Source: Spirochaetota bacterium (GTDB lineage: Bacteria > Spirochaetota > Leptospiria > Leptospirales > Leptospiraceae). From it: a DNA stretch of 64,000 nucleotides. A model generated the notes under the pieces. The model was given only the letters and a program-made list of their open reading frames with translations. It did not search any database and was not told the DNA's origin. Below are positions 45,889-55,781 of this stretch, piece after piece; the first letter of the stretch is position 1, and the number at the start of each line of letters is the position of its first letter. Where the stretch lies: positions 1,763-65,762 of the forward strand of contig JBPOJG010000025.1 in the NCBI GenBank assembly GCA_052033835.1, written 5' to 3'. The translations under genes were made by a program, and so were the position numbers.

Positions 45889-48800
45889 ATGTTTCAGCTT
45901 CCAGGATATGATCTGACATCCAGACTTCATCAAAGCAGAAAGACCTTTGTCTATAAGGGATTCAGACTGAAAGACAATAAACCTGTAGCGGTCAAAATAC
46001 TCAGGAAGGATATAGGTCTGAATTATTCAGGAAGCCTGAAGTATGAGTTTGACATCATTCAGTCAATTCATTCCAGTTTCGTGATTCGGGCCATTGATTA
46101 TTTTCATCATTCCGACACTTCCATCATTGTGATGGAGGAGACGGGAGGTGAATCACTTAAGAATCTGATTCATAAGTACAAATTTTCTCTGGATGAGAAA
46201 CTTTCCATAGCAGCAAAGACAGTAAAAGGACTTATTGATATTCATTCCGAAAATATCGTACATAAGGATCTGAATCCGTCCAACATTATATATAATCCTG
46301 AAAATGGATCATTAAAAATTATAGATTTCGGGATATCCTCTCAGCTCTCTAAGGAAAAAGCCGCCGCAGAAACTGTGAACAGACTGGAAGGAACGCTTGC
46401 TTACATTTCGCCTGAGCAGACAGGCAGAATGAACAGGATGACTGATTATAGAACTGATTATTATTCTTTGGGGGCCGCTCTGTATGAACTTTTTGCAGGC
46501 AGACCTCCTTTTGAGTCGGATGATCCTATGGAACTGGTATACTCGCATCTTGCACTTATTCCTGCTGATCTTCATGCACTCATTCCTGACTTTCCTTATA
46601 CTCTTTCGAATCTCATAATGAAACTTCTTTCCAAGAATGCGGAGGCGCGATATATCAGCGGGAAAGGAATACTGAGCGATATTGAAGAATGTCAGAAGCA
46701 GCTTGCCGAATCAGGAGCGGTATCAGTGTTTGCTCTTGGAAGATATGATTATTCCGGAAAACTTGTTCTGCCCGAAAAACTTTATGGAAGAGAGAAAGAT
46801 GTATCCGGTCTGATGTCTATTTTTTCCGAAATCAGCAATCCCTATGATCTTCTTCTGAGAAAACAGAGAGGCCTGGATTTTGTGATAGTCAGCGGTTCTT
46901 CCGGAATTGGAAAATCCAGTCTCGTCAGAGAACTTCAGAAACCGATAGCCGAAAGAAAGGGACATTTTGTTCAGGGCAAATTCGGTAAACTGACAAGAAA
47001 CGTTCCTTATAAGGGATTCATTTCTGCGTTAGGCGAGCTAACACGTCATGTGCTCAGTGTGGAAGAGTCTTCTGAAAAATACAGACGGCTTTTCAGGGAG
47101 GCACTGGGAGAAAATCTTTCCATCGTGACTGAAGTCATTCCGGAAATGGAGGATCTCCTTGGAAAACATTTTGCAGAGTTTGAAAGAGACTCGATGGAAT
47201 ATCAGACCAGATTCAAAAATGCTATATTAGGTTTTTTGAAGACTTTCTGCAGCGGTTCAAATCCGCTCGTGATTTTTCTTGATGATATGCAGTGGGCAGA
47301 CATTGCGAGTCTTCAGCTTCTCTCCAAGATCCTGGAAGACGAGACTATTCAGGGACTGATGATTATATGTGCTGTCAGAGATAACGAACTTGATGAAAGC
47401 CATCCTCTGAATATGCTTCTTACAGAACTGTCAAGAACGGGAATCACTCCCAAGAAATTCAGACTGGAGCCTCTGACGATCGAATCGGTTCAGGACTATC
47501 TTATGGATTCTCTTCAGGCCGACCGAGAGGATATAAAATCACTGTCTTCTGTTTTTATGCACAAGACAGACGGGAATCCTTTCTTTATGAACGAGATGCT
47601 CAAAATTATATATGAAAGAGGTTATCTAAAGTTTTACTTTCCTGATTCTGCTGACCGTACTGCAGGGAGATGGAAATGGGATATTGCTGAAATTGAAAAA
47701 ATGTCCGTTACGGAAAATGTGGCTGATCTTCTTATAGACAAGATCAAAAAACTTCCGTCAGAATCTCAGAAAGTACTGAAACTGGCGGCCTGTATAGGAA
47801 GCAGTTTTGATCTGAAGACTCTTTCAATTATTTATGAAAAAGATATGAATTATACCGGAGCAGTTCTTTGGAATGCAATGCATATGGAACTGATTTATCC
47901 TGTAGGAGAGGAATACAAATATCTTCAGGAAGATAATCTGGGACTGCCCGATTCCATCAGGATTATTTATAAATTCACTCATGACAAGGTTCTGCAGGCA
48001 GCATACAATCTGCTTCCTCCTGAATCCAGGCAGTCTGTTCATCTGCAGATAGGAAGACTTCTCTATAAATACACTCGAACTGAGGACCTGGAGGAGAGAC
48101 TTTTTGACATAGTCAATCATTATAATCTGGGGATGGAAAAGATTGAGTCGGAAGAGGAGAGTTTTCTTCTTGCAGCAGTGAATCTGGGGGCTGCAAAGAA
48201 AGCTATGAATTCAGTGGCCTACAATGCTGTCATCCAGTACTGTCAGGCAGGGATCAGATGCATTCAGGATGAGACTTGGACAATCAATTATAAACTTGCT
48301 TACAGTCTCCACAAACTTCGGGCTGAAGCTGAATATCTGATCGGACATTTTGAAAAATCGGAAAGTTATCTTCTGGCACTTCTCGAAAAAGCAAACTCGG
48401 CACATGACAAGACTGAGATATATTCCATACTTGTTTCGCAATATAATATACATGCAGAGTATTCAAAGGCACTCACTGCAGGCAGAACTGCACTGAAGCT
48501 TCTTGGAATTGTTGTGCCTGAAAAGGACTACGGTACCTGGCTTCTGATTGAAAACGAGGAGATACAGAGATATCTCGAACAGAACAGCATTGAAAGTCTG
48601 ATTGACCTTCCGAGAATGACAGAAGGGGAAAAACAGTCTGCAATGAAACTGCTGGCAAGAGTGAAGTCGACAACTTATCTCTATGATATTCAGCTTTATC
48701 CGCTCATCGTTACCGTGATGGTAAGACTTTCTCTTAAATACGGAAATGCTCCTGAATCTTGTTTTGCATATTCGACATACGGTATCATTAATGCAACCTT

Positions 48801-51180
48801 TTTGAACAATCCCGAAGCAGGTTATTCCTTTGCAAAACTTGCATTTGAGCTGTCTGAAAAATTCAAGGACAAGATTCAGAAGTGCAAGACAGGATATATT
48901 CTTGCAGGTTATCTGAATTTCAGAAAAGAGCATATAAAAAAGTCATTTGTATATTTTGAAGAGGCAGGAAAGGCAGGGCTGGAATCTGGAGAGATTCAGT
49001 TTACCGGTTATAATTTTCTGTTCAAGGCACTCATTTCATTTCATTCAGGAAAAAAACTTCAGGAGATATTTGCTGAGGCTGATGCTGCAGTCAGTTTTGC
49101 CATGAAGTCAAATAATTTCTGGGCAATGGATATGGGAAGGGCGCTTAAACTTGCACTTGCCTCATATACAGCAATTTCCGGTTCCGCAGAATTTTATCAT
49201 ACTACTGAATTCTCGGAAGAGAAATTTCTTGATGAGGCAGTTGAACATTCCAGCAGGAGTGCTGTCTGCAATCTCAGAATTTATAAAGGAATGATGCTTT
49301 TTCTTCTCCTTCAGTATTCTGCAGCTGCCAAGGAATTCAGTTCAGCAAAAGAAAATACTGAATCGATTCTGGGGCTGATAGAGGAAGTCCTTCTTGCATT
49401 TTATTCCGGTCTCTGTTCGGCGGCGCTGTATAAGGAGTCATCAGATCTTCGGGAGTCGGCAAGGCTGCTTTCCGAATTTCGTGAACATATCGAAACAGTA
49501 AAAAAATGGGCAGATTCATGTCCTGAAAACTTTCAGCATAAATATTATTTAATGAAAGCTGAAGAACATTTCATTATCGGAGAAAACGAAGAAGCTTCTG
49601 TCTTATATGAAAAATCCATTAATCTTGCAAAGGAAAACGGTTTTCTTCATGAACTCGGAGTATCTTATGAACTGGCAGGACGATATTATCTCAAGAGAGG
49701 ATTGAAAATTGCCGCCAGAAATTATCTGAAAGGAGCATATATCTCTTATAATGAATGGGGCGCGTTCAGAAAGACTGAACAGCTTGAAGAAGAGTTCCCC
49801 AACCTTGAAGGAATTATCCAGTCAGATACGTTTTCAATGCTGGAGGGAACCGGAAGCATTACTCTTTCAATGAGTGCCTCGGGCAGTCTGGACGTACTCT
49901 CTCTTTTCAAAGTGACTCAGGCGATTTCAGGAGAGATTGTGCTTGGAAAACTTCTGGAGAATCTGGTGAAGATCATGGTTGAGAATTCCGGTGCAGAAAA
50001 GGGATATTTAATCATGGAAAAAAAAGGAAAATTGTATGTAGAAAATGCAATTGTATCCGGACATCTGCTTTCCAACGCATCCACCCCGATCGAATCTGTG
50101 ACTGCTCTTCCGGCAAGCGTCATTCAGTTCATAAGAAGGACAAAGGAGAGTCTCATCATTGATGATGCCGCACTGGATATCCAGTTTTCCAATGATCCTT
50201 ATATAAGAGAAAAGAAGCCCAGGTCCATTCTTTGTCTGCCCTTGGCAAATCAGGGAAAACTCCTGGGGATTGTGTACCTAGAGAATAATCTGATGGTGGG
50301 GGCATTTCCGAAGGAGAGACTGCAGATACTGAAGATCATCGCATCTCAGGCTGCAATCTCCATTGAGAATGCAGTTCTTTACGAACATCTCGAAGAAAAG
50401 GTTGCCGAAAGAACGAAAGAGCTGAACGACAGTCTGAGAATTATAAAATCTGATCTCATTACTGCAAAAGAGATACAGAATAATATTCTTCCGAAGCAGA
50501 AACTTAAAAACCCTGCTGTTGATTATTATTATGAATACATTCCTATGGCTGAGGTGGGAGGAGATTTTATCGATATTACTGAAATATCCGAAAATCATAT
50601 ACGGGTATTTCTCTCTGACGCAACCGGTCATGGAGTTCATGCTTCGTTGATGACTATGCTTATCAAAGCGGAGTATGAGAATCTTAGGAAATATTCTCTG
50701 CAGCCTTCTCTCCTTCTGGAAAGATTCAATCAGGAATTCTGTGAAAAATATTCAAGCCTGGGTACATTTTTTACCTGCTGCATCACTGATATATATATTA
50801 ATGAAAAAAAGATACTTTATGCATCCTGCGGTCATCCAAATCAGTATCTGGTGAACAGCACTGGTCTGCATACAATGAGCAGAACAGGAAATCTCATCGG
50901 GCTTGATACAGAAAACAAGGTACACCTTCAGGAGCTTGAACTGGAGACAAACAGCAGAATCATTCTTTTTACAGACGGAGTTTATGAAGAATTTAATCCT
51001 GATATGGAAATTTACGGGGAAGAGAGACTCAGTTCCTTCATTCTGAAAAACAGTCAGGAAACGGCTTCATCCTTCTCTAAAAAGCTCATCAGTGAGGTGA
51101 AACTCTTTACTCGCGGAAAACCTTTTCAGGATGATGTGACAATTCTTGTTCTGAACGTAAATATGGATAAACTGAAATGA
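45889..51180 (+). CDS. Giant signalling protein: Ser/Thr kinase, AAA(STAND-like) ATPase, TPR-like region, GAF, PP2C/SpoIIE phosphatase
   Basis: VAVKIL, HKDLNPSNIIY, IIDFGIS and SPEQTGRMNR (kinase). VSGSSGIGKSSLVREL and IFLDDMQWADIAS (ATPase). A GAF region. VGGDFIDI...LSDATGHGVHASL...LFTDGVYE (SpoIIE). Confidence 0.9.
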   Translation: MFQLPGYDLTSRLHQSRKTFVYKGFRLKDNKPVAVKILRKDIGLNYSGSLKYEFDIIQSIHSSFVIRAIDYFHHSDTSIIVMEETGGESLKNLIHKYKFSLDEKLSIAAKTVKGLIDIHSENIVHKDLNPSNIIYNPENGSLKIIDFGISSQLSKEKAAAETVNRLEGTLAYISPEQTGRMNRMTDYRTDYYSLGAALYELFAGRPPFESDDPMELVYSHLALIPADLHALIPDFPYTLSNLIMKLLSKNAEARYISGKGILSDIEECQKQLAESGAVSVFALGRYDYSGKLVLPEKLYGREKDVSGLMSIFSEISNPYDLLLRKQRGLDFVIVSGSSGIGKSSLVRELQKPIAERKGHFVQGKFGKLTRNVPYKGFISALGELTRHVLSVEESSEKYRRLFREALGENLSIVTEVIPEMEDLLGKHFAEFERDSMEYQTRFKNAILGFLKTFCSGSNPLVIFLDDMQWADIASLQLLSKILEDETIQGLMIICAVRDNELDESHPLNMLLTELSRTGITPKKFRLEPLTIESVQDYLMDSLQADREDIKSLSSVFMHKTDGNPFFMNEMLKIIYERGYLKFYFPDSADRTAGRWKWDIAEIEKMSVTENVADLLIDKIKKLPSESQKVLKLAACIGSSFDLKTLSIIYEKDMNYTGAVLWNAMHMELIYPVGEEYKYLQEDNLGLPDSIRIIYKFTHDKVLQAAYNLLPPESRQSVHLQIGRLLYKYTRTEDLEERLFDIVNHYNLGMEKIESEEESFLLAAVNLGAAKKAMNSVAYNAVIQYCQAGIRCIQDETWTINYKLAYSLHKLRAEAEYLIGHFEKSESYLLALLEKANSAHDKTEIYSILVSQYNIHAEYSKALTAGRTALKLLGIVVPEKDYGTWLLIENEEIQRYLEQNSIESLIDLPRMTEGEKQSAMKLLARVKSTTYLYDIQLYPLIVTVMVRLSLKYGNAPESCFAYSTYGIINATFLNNPEAGYSFAKLAFELSEKFKDKIQKCKTGYILAGYLNFRKEHIKKSFVYFEEAGKAGLESGEIQFTGYNFLFKALISFHSGKKLQEIFAEADAAVSFAMKSNNFWAMDMGRALKLALASYTAISGSAEFYHTTEFSEEKFLDEAVEHSSRSAVCNLRIYKGMMLFLLLQYSAAAKEFSSAKENTESILGLIEEVLLAFYSGLCSAALYKESSDLRESARLLSEFREHIETVKKWADSCPENFQHKYYLMKAEEHFIIGENEEASVLYEKSINLAKENGFLHELGVSYELAGRYYLKRGLKIAARNYLKGAYISYNEWGAFRKTEQLEEEFPNLEGIIQSDTFSMLEGTGSITLSMSASGSLDVLSLFKVTQAISGEIVLGKLLENLVKIMVENSGAEKGYLIMEKKGKLYVENAIVSGHLLSNASTPIESVTALPASVIQFIRRTKESLIIDDAALDIQFSNDPYIREKKPRSILCLPLANQGKLLGIVYLENNLMVGAFPKERLQILKIIASQAAISIENAVLYEHLEEKVAERTKELNDSLRIIKSDLITAKEIQNNILPKQKLKNPAVDYYYEYIPMAEVGGDFIDITEISENHIRVFLSDATGHGVHASLMTMLIKAEYENLRKYSLQPSLLLERFNQEFCEKYSSLGTFFTCCITDIYINEKKILYASCGHPNQYLVNSTGLHTMSRTGNLIGLDTENKVHLQELELETNSRIILFTDGVYEEFNPDMEIYGEERLSSFILKNSQETASSFSKKLISEVKLFTRGKPFQDDVTILVLNVNMDKLK

Positions 51181-52277
51181 ATGTATATATAAAAAATGCG
51201 GCACTCAGCAAGTTTGGAAAACATGACTGTTCTGTTCTGGATCTCTCGGCGGAAACCTGTGAGAAGATACTCTCTGTTACTGAAAGAGAAAAAATAGATG
51301 CACTTATTATATCATCGTTTGCTCCTGAAAAGTATACCGAGGAATATCACTTGGGAGCAAAACTGGCCGACCGGCTCCGTCTGAAGGATATATTCTGTCT
51401 TCGGACAGAGACTGCTTCCTCGAGCGGAGCAAGTGCAGTCATTCTGGGATCGAATCTGATCCATTCCGGAAAATTCAACAATGTGCTTGTTGTAGGAACA
51501 GAGATTATGAGCCGACTGGACAGGGAAAGGAACAATGTGCTTCTCGGGTCTGTTCTTTCGGATACTCAGAGAGGTTTTGCAATGTCTATGGCGCAGGGAG
51601 CAGCGATGATCACAAGGCTGTATCTGCAGAAATACAATTATCATGAAGAAGATTTATTTTATATAGCAGAAAAACTTCATCAGAACGGAAGCAGAAATCC
51701 AATAGCACATATTCAGAAACCGATTACGAGAGAAATGTACAGTGCAGGACCTAAATTTTCATCCCCTCTGGGACTTTACGATATTTCTCCTCTTTCGGAC
51801 GGTTCGGCGGCCCTGCTTCTATCCTCAGAAAAAGGACCTTTGAAAATTTTGGGAACAGGATACGGCACGTCCGGATTTTCGATATCGGACGCGGTGCCCT
51901 CTTTTTCGGCTTCCTTGTCTGCATTTAGAAGAGCTTTTACCGAAGCAGGAATTCTTCCTTCTCAGATTCACTGTGCTGAACTTCACGATGCATTTACGAC
52001 ATTTGAACTTATCGGTGCCGAAGATGCAGGGATATTTCCGCGCGGTGAGGCCTTGAGAGCAGTGATGCAGGGACAAACTCATCCGGATTCCATCAAACCG
52101 ATCAACGCTTCAGGAGGACTGAAGACAAGGGGACATCCGATTGGAGCAAGCGGCACTGCACAGATCGCGGAGCTGTTTTCCTTTATGCAGAGGAAAAAAC
52201 TTCAGTTTGGTCTGACTCATTCTATCGGGGGGCTGGCTACAAATAATTTTGCAATGATTTTGGAGAACTGCGGATGA
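51177..52277 (+). CDS. Thiolase-like (SCP-x/archaeal-type) protein with Ser in place of the nucleophilic Cys
   Basis: FGKH..., TETASSSGASAV (normally xCaSG), LVVGTEIMS, NASGGLKTRGHPIGASG. ATGA overlap with the kinase gene. Confidence 0.8.
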   Translation: MNVYIKNAALSKFGKHDCSVLDLSAETCEKILSVTEREKIDALIISSFAPEKYTEEYHLGAKLADRLRLKDIFCLRTETASSSGASAVILGSNLIHSGKFNNVLVVGTEIMSRLDRERNNVLLGSVLSDTQRGFAMSMAQGAAMITRLYLQKYNYHEEDLFYIAEKLHQNGSRNPIAHIQKPITREMYSAGPKFSSPLGLYDISPLSDGSAALLLSSEKGPLKILGTGYGTSGFSISDAVPSFSASLSAFRRAFTEAGILPSQIHCAELHDAFTTFELIGAEDAGIFPRGEALRAVMQGQTHPDSIKPINASGGLKTRGHPIGASGTAQIAELFSFMQRKKLQFGLTHSIGGLATNNFAMILENCG

Positions 52278-53296
52278 AAAATATTCTCATCATACAGACT
52301 GCATTTTTGGGTGATCTGATACTGACTACCGGATTTATCAGAAGAGTGAGAGAAAGAAATTCGGAGAGCAGAATTTCTGTACTTGTAAACAAGGGTGCTG
52401 AGGACGTTCTCGCTGGAAATCCGCATCTGAATGAAGTCATTGTTTTGGATAAAAAAAAGATAAAATCTTCTATATTCGGCTTTTTTAAGTTTGCGGCTGA
52501 GATCAGAGCAAAGAAATTTGATACTGTGCTGAGTCCTCATTTTTCTCACCGTTCGAGCATTCTGTCCTTTCTTTCCGGTGCAAAGGAGAGGATCGGATAC
52601 AATGAAGCAGGATTCAGTTTTTTTCTGAACAGGAAAATTTCAAGGCCTCTTCAGGGCAGGCATGAAGTGGAAAAACTTTTCAGTCTGATCGGGGAAGACA
52701 AATCTCCTTACAGACCTGAACTTTTTCTTCCTGTCAATAGAATACAAAATATAGAAAAAATATTCAAGGAAGAGATTGGTGAAGGCAGAAAATATATTGT
52801 CATTGCACCATCCTCTGTCTGGGAGACCAAAAGGATGCCGGAGGATAAATTCCGCCGCATAGTCGAACTGATTCTTACGAATACAGATTATATTCCTGTT
52901 CTGACAGGCGCACCGAAGGACAGAGAGCTGTGTATGACGATAGGGGCTGGACTCAAGGCAGTGGATCTTACAGGAAGAACGAACCTTGTGGAATTGCATT
53001 ATATTATATCTAAATCGAAAGGTATTGTATCCAATGATTCATCTCCGATTCATATTGCATCTGCATTTAATATACCCATTGTCGCAGTCTTCGGAGCCAC
53101 AGTGAGAGATTTCGGATATACACCTCTTTCAGATAAGCAGTTCATTGCGGAGATTTCGGGACTGAAATGCAGGCCTTGTGGAATTCATGGAGGAAATGTC
53201 TGTCCCGAAAAACATTTCAGATGTATGAGAGAACAGGAGCCGGATTTGATTTTTGCTGAACTGATGAAGCTCTTGTCTGATTGGCGATGGCGGTAG
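52274..53296 (+). CDS. Glycosyltransferase family 9 (heptosyltransferase-like)
   Basis: MKNILIIQTAFLGDLILTTGFIRRV..., VIAPSSVWETKRMP, SNDSSPIHIASAFNIPIVAVFG. ATGA overlap with the thiolase-like gene. Confidence 0.85.
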   Translation: MKNILIIQTAFLGDLILTTGFIRRVRERNSESRISVLVNKGAEDVLAGNPHLNEVIVLDKKKIKSSIFGFFKFAAEIRAKKFDTVLSPHFSHRSSILSFLSGAKERIGYNEAGFSFFLNRKISRPLQGRHEVEKLFSLIGEDKSPYRPELFLPVNRIQNIEKIFKEEIGEGRKYIVIAPSSVWETKRMPEDKFRRIVELILTNTDYIPVLTGAPKDRELCMTIGAGLKAVDLTGRTNLVELHYIISKSKGIVSNDSSPIHIASAFNIPIVAVFGATVRDFGYTPLSDKQFIAEISGLKCRPCGIHGGNVCPEKHFRCMREQEPDLIFAELMKLLSDWRWR

Positions 53297-53390
53297 CGGC
53301 TTTCAAGTTTGCAGCCGCGTCCAAGTTTGCGAGCCCTCAAGCCGCCGGCAGGCAAAACTCCAAAAACGCCCCACCTGCGTAAGGTGAGTT
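53294..53390. repeat. Modular intergenic repeat, copy 10 (2 x module B, D-like, half module A)
   Basis: Starts at the GT9 stop codon: tagcggctttcaagtttgcagccgcgtccaagtttgcg..gccgccggcaggc...cacctgcgtaaggtgagt. Ends 12 nt before the paralogue B ATG. Confidence 0.85.
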
Positions 53391-53402
53391 AGGAGAATAT
53401 AT

Positions 53403-54470
53403 ATGGTTATCTTTTGGGACGGATCAGCAAAAAAACTCAATGGGAAATGTATGATCATTGTTCTTTTCGTATCCAGAAAGGATAAACCTTGGAAGAAGAA
53501 AGCCAGGAAACGCGCAATGCAGAGTCTGGAAAAAGGAATCGACTGGATTAAGAACGAGTCAAAGAAATACAAAGTAAAGCTTGATTTTGATTTTATTTGC
53601 CTCAATATGGATGAACATATTTTCATTAAAAAAATTCCTAAGATTGAAGCTCCCTATGAAGATATGGAAGTTGTCATGTTCAAGGTTTTGAAAAAGCTCG
53701 GATACGAATCTCCTGAGGATTTTTATGAAAAAATGAGTATAGAATACAAAGACACAAGTTTTCATATCATCTTTTTTGCAAATGAAAAGGGAAGACCTTA
53801 TATGCATTATGTGGATATGAACAATGAAAAGAAGATGCTTGAATTTAATTTGATTTTCAAGGAAAATGGAAAGATTGATCCGATGACTGTTGTCCATGAA
53901 ACACTTCATGCTTACAGTGCTGTTGATCTCTACAACGTGAAAGAAACTAAAAAAGCTCAGAAAATTTCAGACCGGGTTGAAAAAAAATTTCCAAATGAAG
54001 TGATGCTCTGCGCTTCTGAGGATATTGAAAACCCTGAACTTTCTGAGCTGACCGCATTTCTGATCGGATGGCACAATAAACCGAAAGACTGGTATGCTTC
54101 TATGATACAGCCGGACGATCAGGAAGAGGTGGATTTTCTTCTGAAACATCATGAAAGCTTTGATGAAAAAGGATTTGTAATTATAAAAAAAGAGAAAGAA
54201 GTTCTTTGGTACGAATCTGATGAATTTACCATAACTAGGATAGAAATTAATGATAATCCTGAACTTGTTCATTGGAAGCAGGTAGATAAAAAAACAAAAG
54301 AGACTGTCGAATATTGGGAAAACAGTCAGGACAGCTATTATTATAATATGACAGATAAAAAGTCTCTTCTTACAATTGCAATTCCCAAAAGAAAAAAGGG
54401 ATACTGTTACAAAGAGGATGCTGAAGGCGACTATATTAAGACAGTTAAGGTAAGGAAAATCAGTACCTGA
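53403..54470 (+). CDS. HExxH (zincin-like) protein of an unassigned family, paralogue B
   Basis: AGGAG 7 nt upstream. MVIFWDGSAKKLNGKC, VHETLHAYSAVDLYN, NEVM, TAFLIGWHNKPKDWY. Confidence 0.75.
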   Translation: MVIFWDGSAKKLNGKCMIIVLFVSRKDKPWKKKARKRAMQSLEKGIDWIKNESKKYKVKLDFDFICLNMDEHIFIKKIPKIEAPYEDMEVVMFKVLKKLGYESPEDFYEKMSIEYKDTSFHIIFFANEKGRPYMHYVDMNNEKKMLEFNLIFKENGKIDPMTVVHETLHAYSAVDLYNVKETKKAQKISDRVEKKFPNEVMLCASEDIENPELSELTAFLIGWHNKPKDWYASMIQPDDQEEVDFLLKHHESFDEKGFVIIKKEKEVLWYESDEFTITRIEINDNPELVHWKQVDKKTKETVEYWENSQDSYYYNMTDKKSLLTIAIPKRKKGYCYKEDAEGDYIKTVKVRKIST

Positions 54471-54478
54471 ATAATTAA

Positions 54479-54510
54479 CTTTACGCACTTCGTGTTTCAG
54501 GTGAGTGAGA
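54479..54510. repeat. Modular intergenic repeat, half module A
   Basis: ctttacgcacttcgtgtttcaggtgagt lies 8 nt after the paralogue B stop and matches the right half of the 35733 and 44575 hairpins. Confidence 0.7.
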
Positions 54511-54627
54511 GATGCAGTGATCCTGCCCTCAAAGTCTTTCTCGTTCACTCTGCGGAATATCTTTTCATAAAATAAAGTCGCTCAGCTGCTCTTAAAAAAA
54601 ACTTTCCTTGTCCTGTTCATCTCCTCC

Positions 54628-54882
54628 TCAGTGCTGAACAGGCTTGAATGCAAATGCGATCTGTTTTCCTGAAACATTTTCAGAAACTTTCATATCAACA
54701 TAGCTTGAACGCATTACTACAACTGGATCATCATCAAGGAATAAAGAATATACCTCTTTTAATAAAGCAGGAGAATTAAAAACTTCTTTTATTACATTTT
54801 CTGCTTCGCCTACTGAAGTTCGTTTTCCACCTGACAGTAGTTTTTTAATTTTTCCTTTCATGATATATATGCCTTCCCCCAT
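54628..54882 (-). pseudogene. N-terminal fragment of a HEAT-repeat (AlkD-like) protein
   Basis: The 84-aa ORF LSGGKRTSVGEAENVIKEVFNSPALLKEVYSLFLDDDPVVVMRSS follows the N-terminal pattern of ~220-aa HEAT-repeat proteins. It is truncated after about 70 aa. Confidence 0.35.
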
Positions 54883-54989
54883 TTACTGAACAAAAAAAAC
54901 TTATTTCCCAAAACAAATTATTTTCAGCTTCTTTAAATAGGAAGAAACAGAAAAACTCTGATCTTCTTTCTCCACACGCTGATTTCCTT

Positions 54990-55600
54990 TTTATGCCTGG
55001 TTCAGTTTCTGTCAAGCACTTCCTCTAGGAAGCCTTGGTGTCCAAATACGCTTCAGCAGGACGAAGCTTCAGTGCCTTGCCTCTCCCTTCAAAAACTGTG
55101 TCAATTTCGGACTCCCGTAGAGGGGATGTCTTGCATATTCACGTTCAATCAGATTCATTATCATTATATTGTATTCCGACTCTCCGACCGGATTGAAATA
55201 AAAACGTGACCGAGAGAGGCCGAGAAGCTTGCACTGCTTCTGTATCGGCAGTCAGCTCTCAAGTTCAATAAGGCTTTTCCTTTCCGACTGGGTCAGTTCA
55301 GAAGTCTTTTTAAGATAATCATTCTCAACTTTCAGCTTCCGGATTTCGCGGTAAAGATCATCTATCTTCTTTTAGGATTCCTCCATCTCTTTCCCGTCTG
55401 TCTTCATGAACATCTGAGGAAATTTCTCGACAGCTTCCTTCTTCCATTTCAAAATCATATTTGAATGAATTTTGCAGTCTGAGGACAGCTTACCTATTGT
55501 CCTCACGTCCCGTATCGCTCCAAGGCAACCTTCGCTCTGAATGCAGGCTCTTAGTTTCTTCTTCCTCTCATTGCTTCTCCTTTCTCTGGATTTGCAATTT
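54990..55600 (-). mobile_element. Decayed IS3-family transposase remnant (orfA plus the first ~60 codons of orfB)
   Basis: My minus-strand translation gives EPAFRAKVALE / AIRDVRTIGKLSSDCKIHSNMILKWKKEAVEKFPQMF...KKIDDLYREIRKLKVENDYLKK...IQKQCKLLGLSRSRFYFNP...MIMNLIEREYARHPLYGSPKLTQFLKGEG. It is interrupted by TAA and TGA stops and frameshifts, and no intact ends are seen. Confidence 0.75.
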
Positions 55601-55652
55601 TTTTATACCTTTTTTTTGCTTTTTTACTGTCTCTTTTTTGAGGGGAAACTAT

Positions 55653-55700
55653 AAATTGAATGATGATTGTAACTACGAAGTTACGATGAGCAGTTACGAT
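55653..55700. repeat. Modular intergenic repeat, short module E copy
   Basis: aaattgaatgatgattgtaactacgaagttacgatgagcagttacgat is the 45771 copy minus its internal B-like insert. Confidence 0.75.
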
Positions 55701-55781
55701 TTTTCTCATATTGATCACTGACTTTCCTTGACAGTTTCTTCTGTGCAATTAATATGTCTTCCAATTTATTCAGGAGCATTT

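Noticed and set aside
53967-54548. Long antisense ORFs opposite HExxH paralogues B (53967-54548) and C (56307-56735).
   Set aside because: Both sense genes are Lys/Glu-rich (AAA/GAA), so the complement lacks stop codons by chance. The antisense products are Phe/Leu-rich, and I did not see conservation between the two copies by eye.
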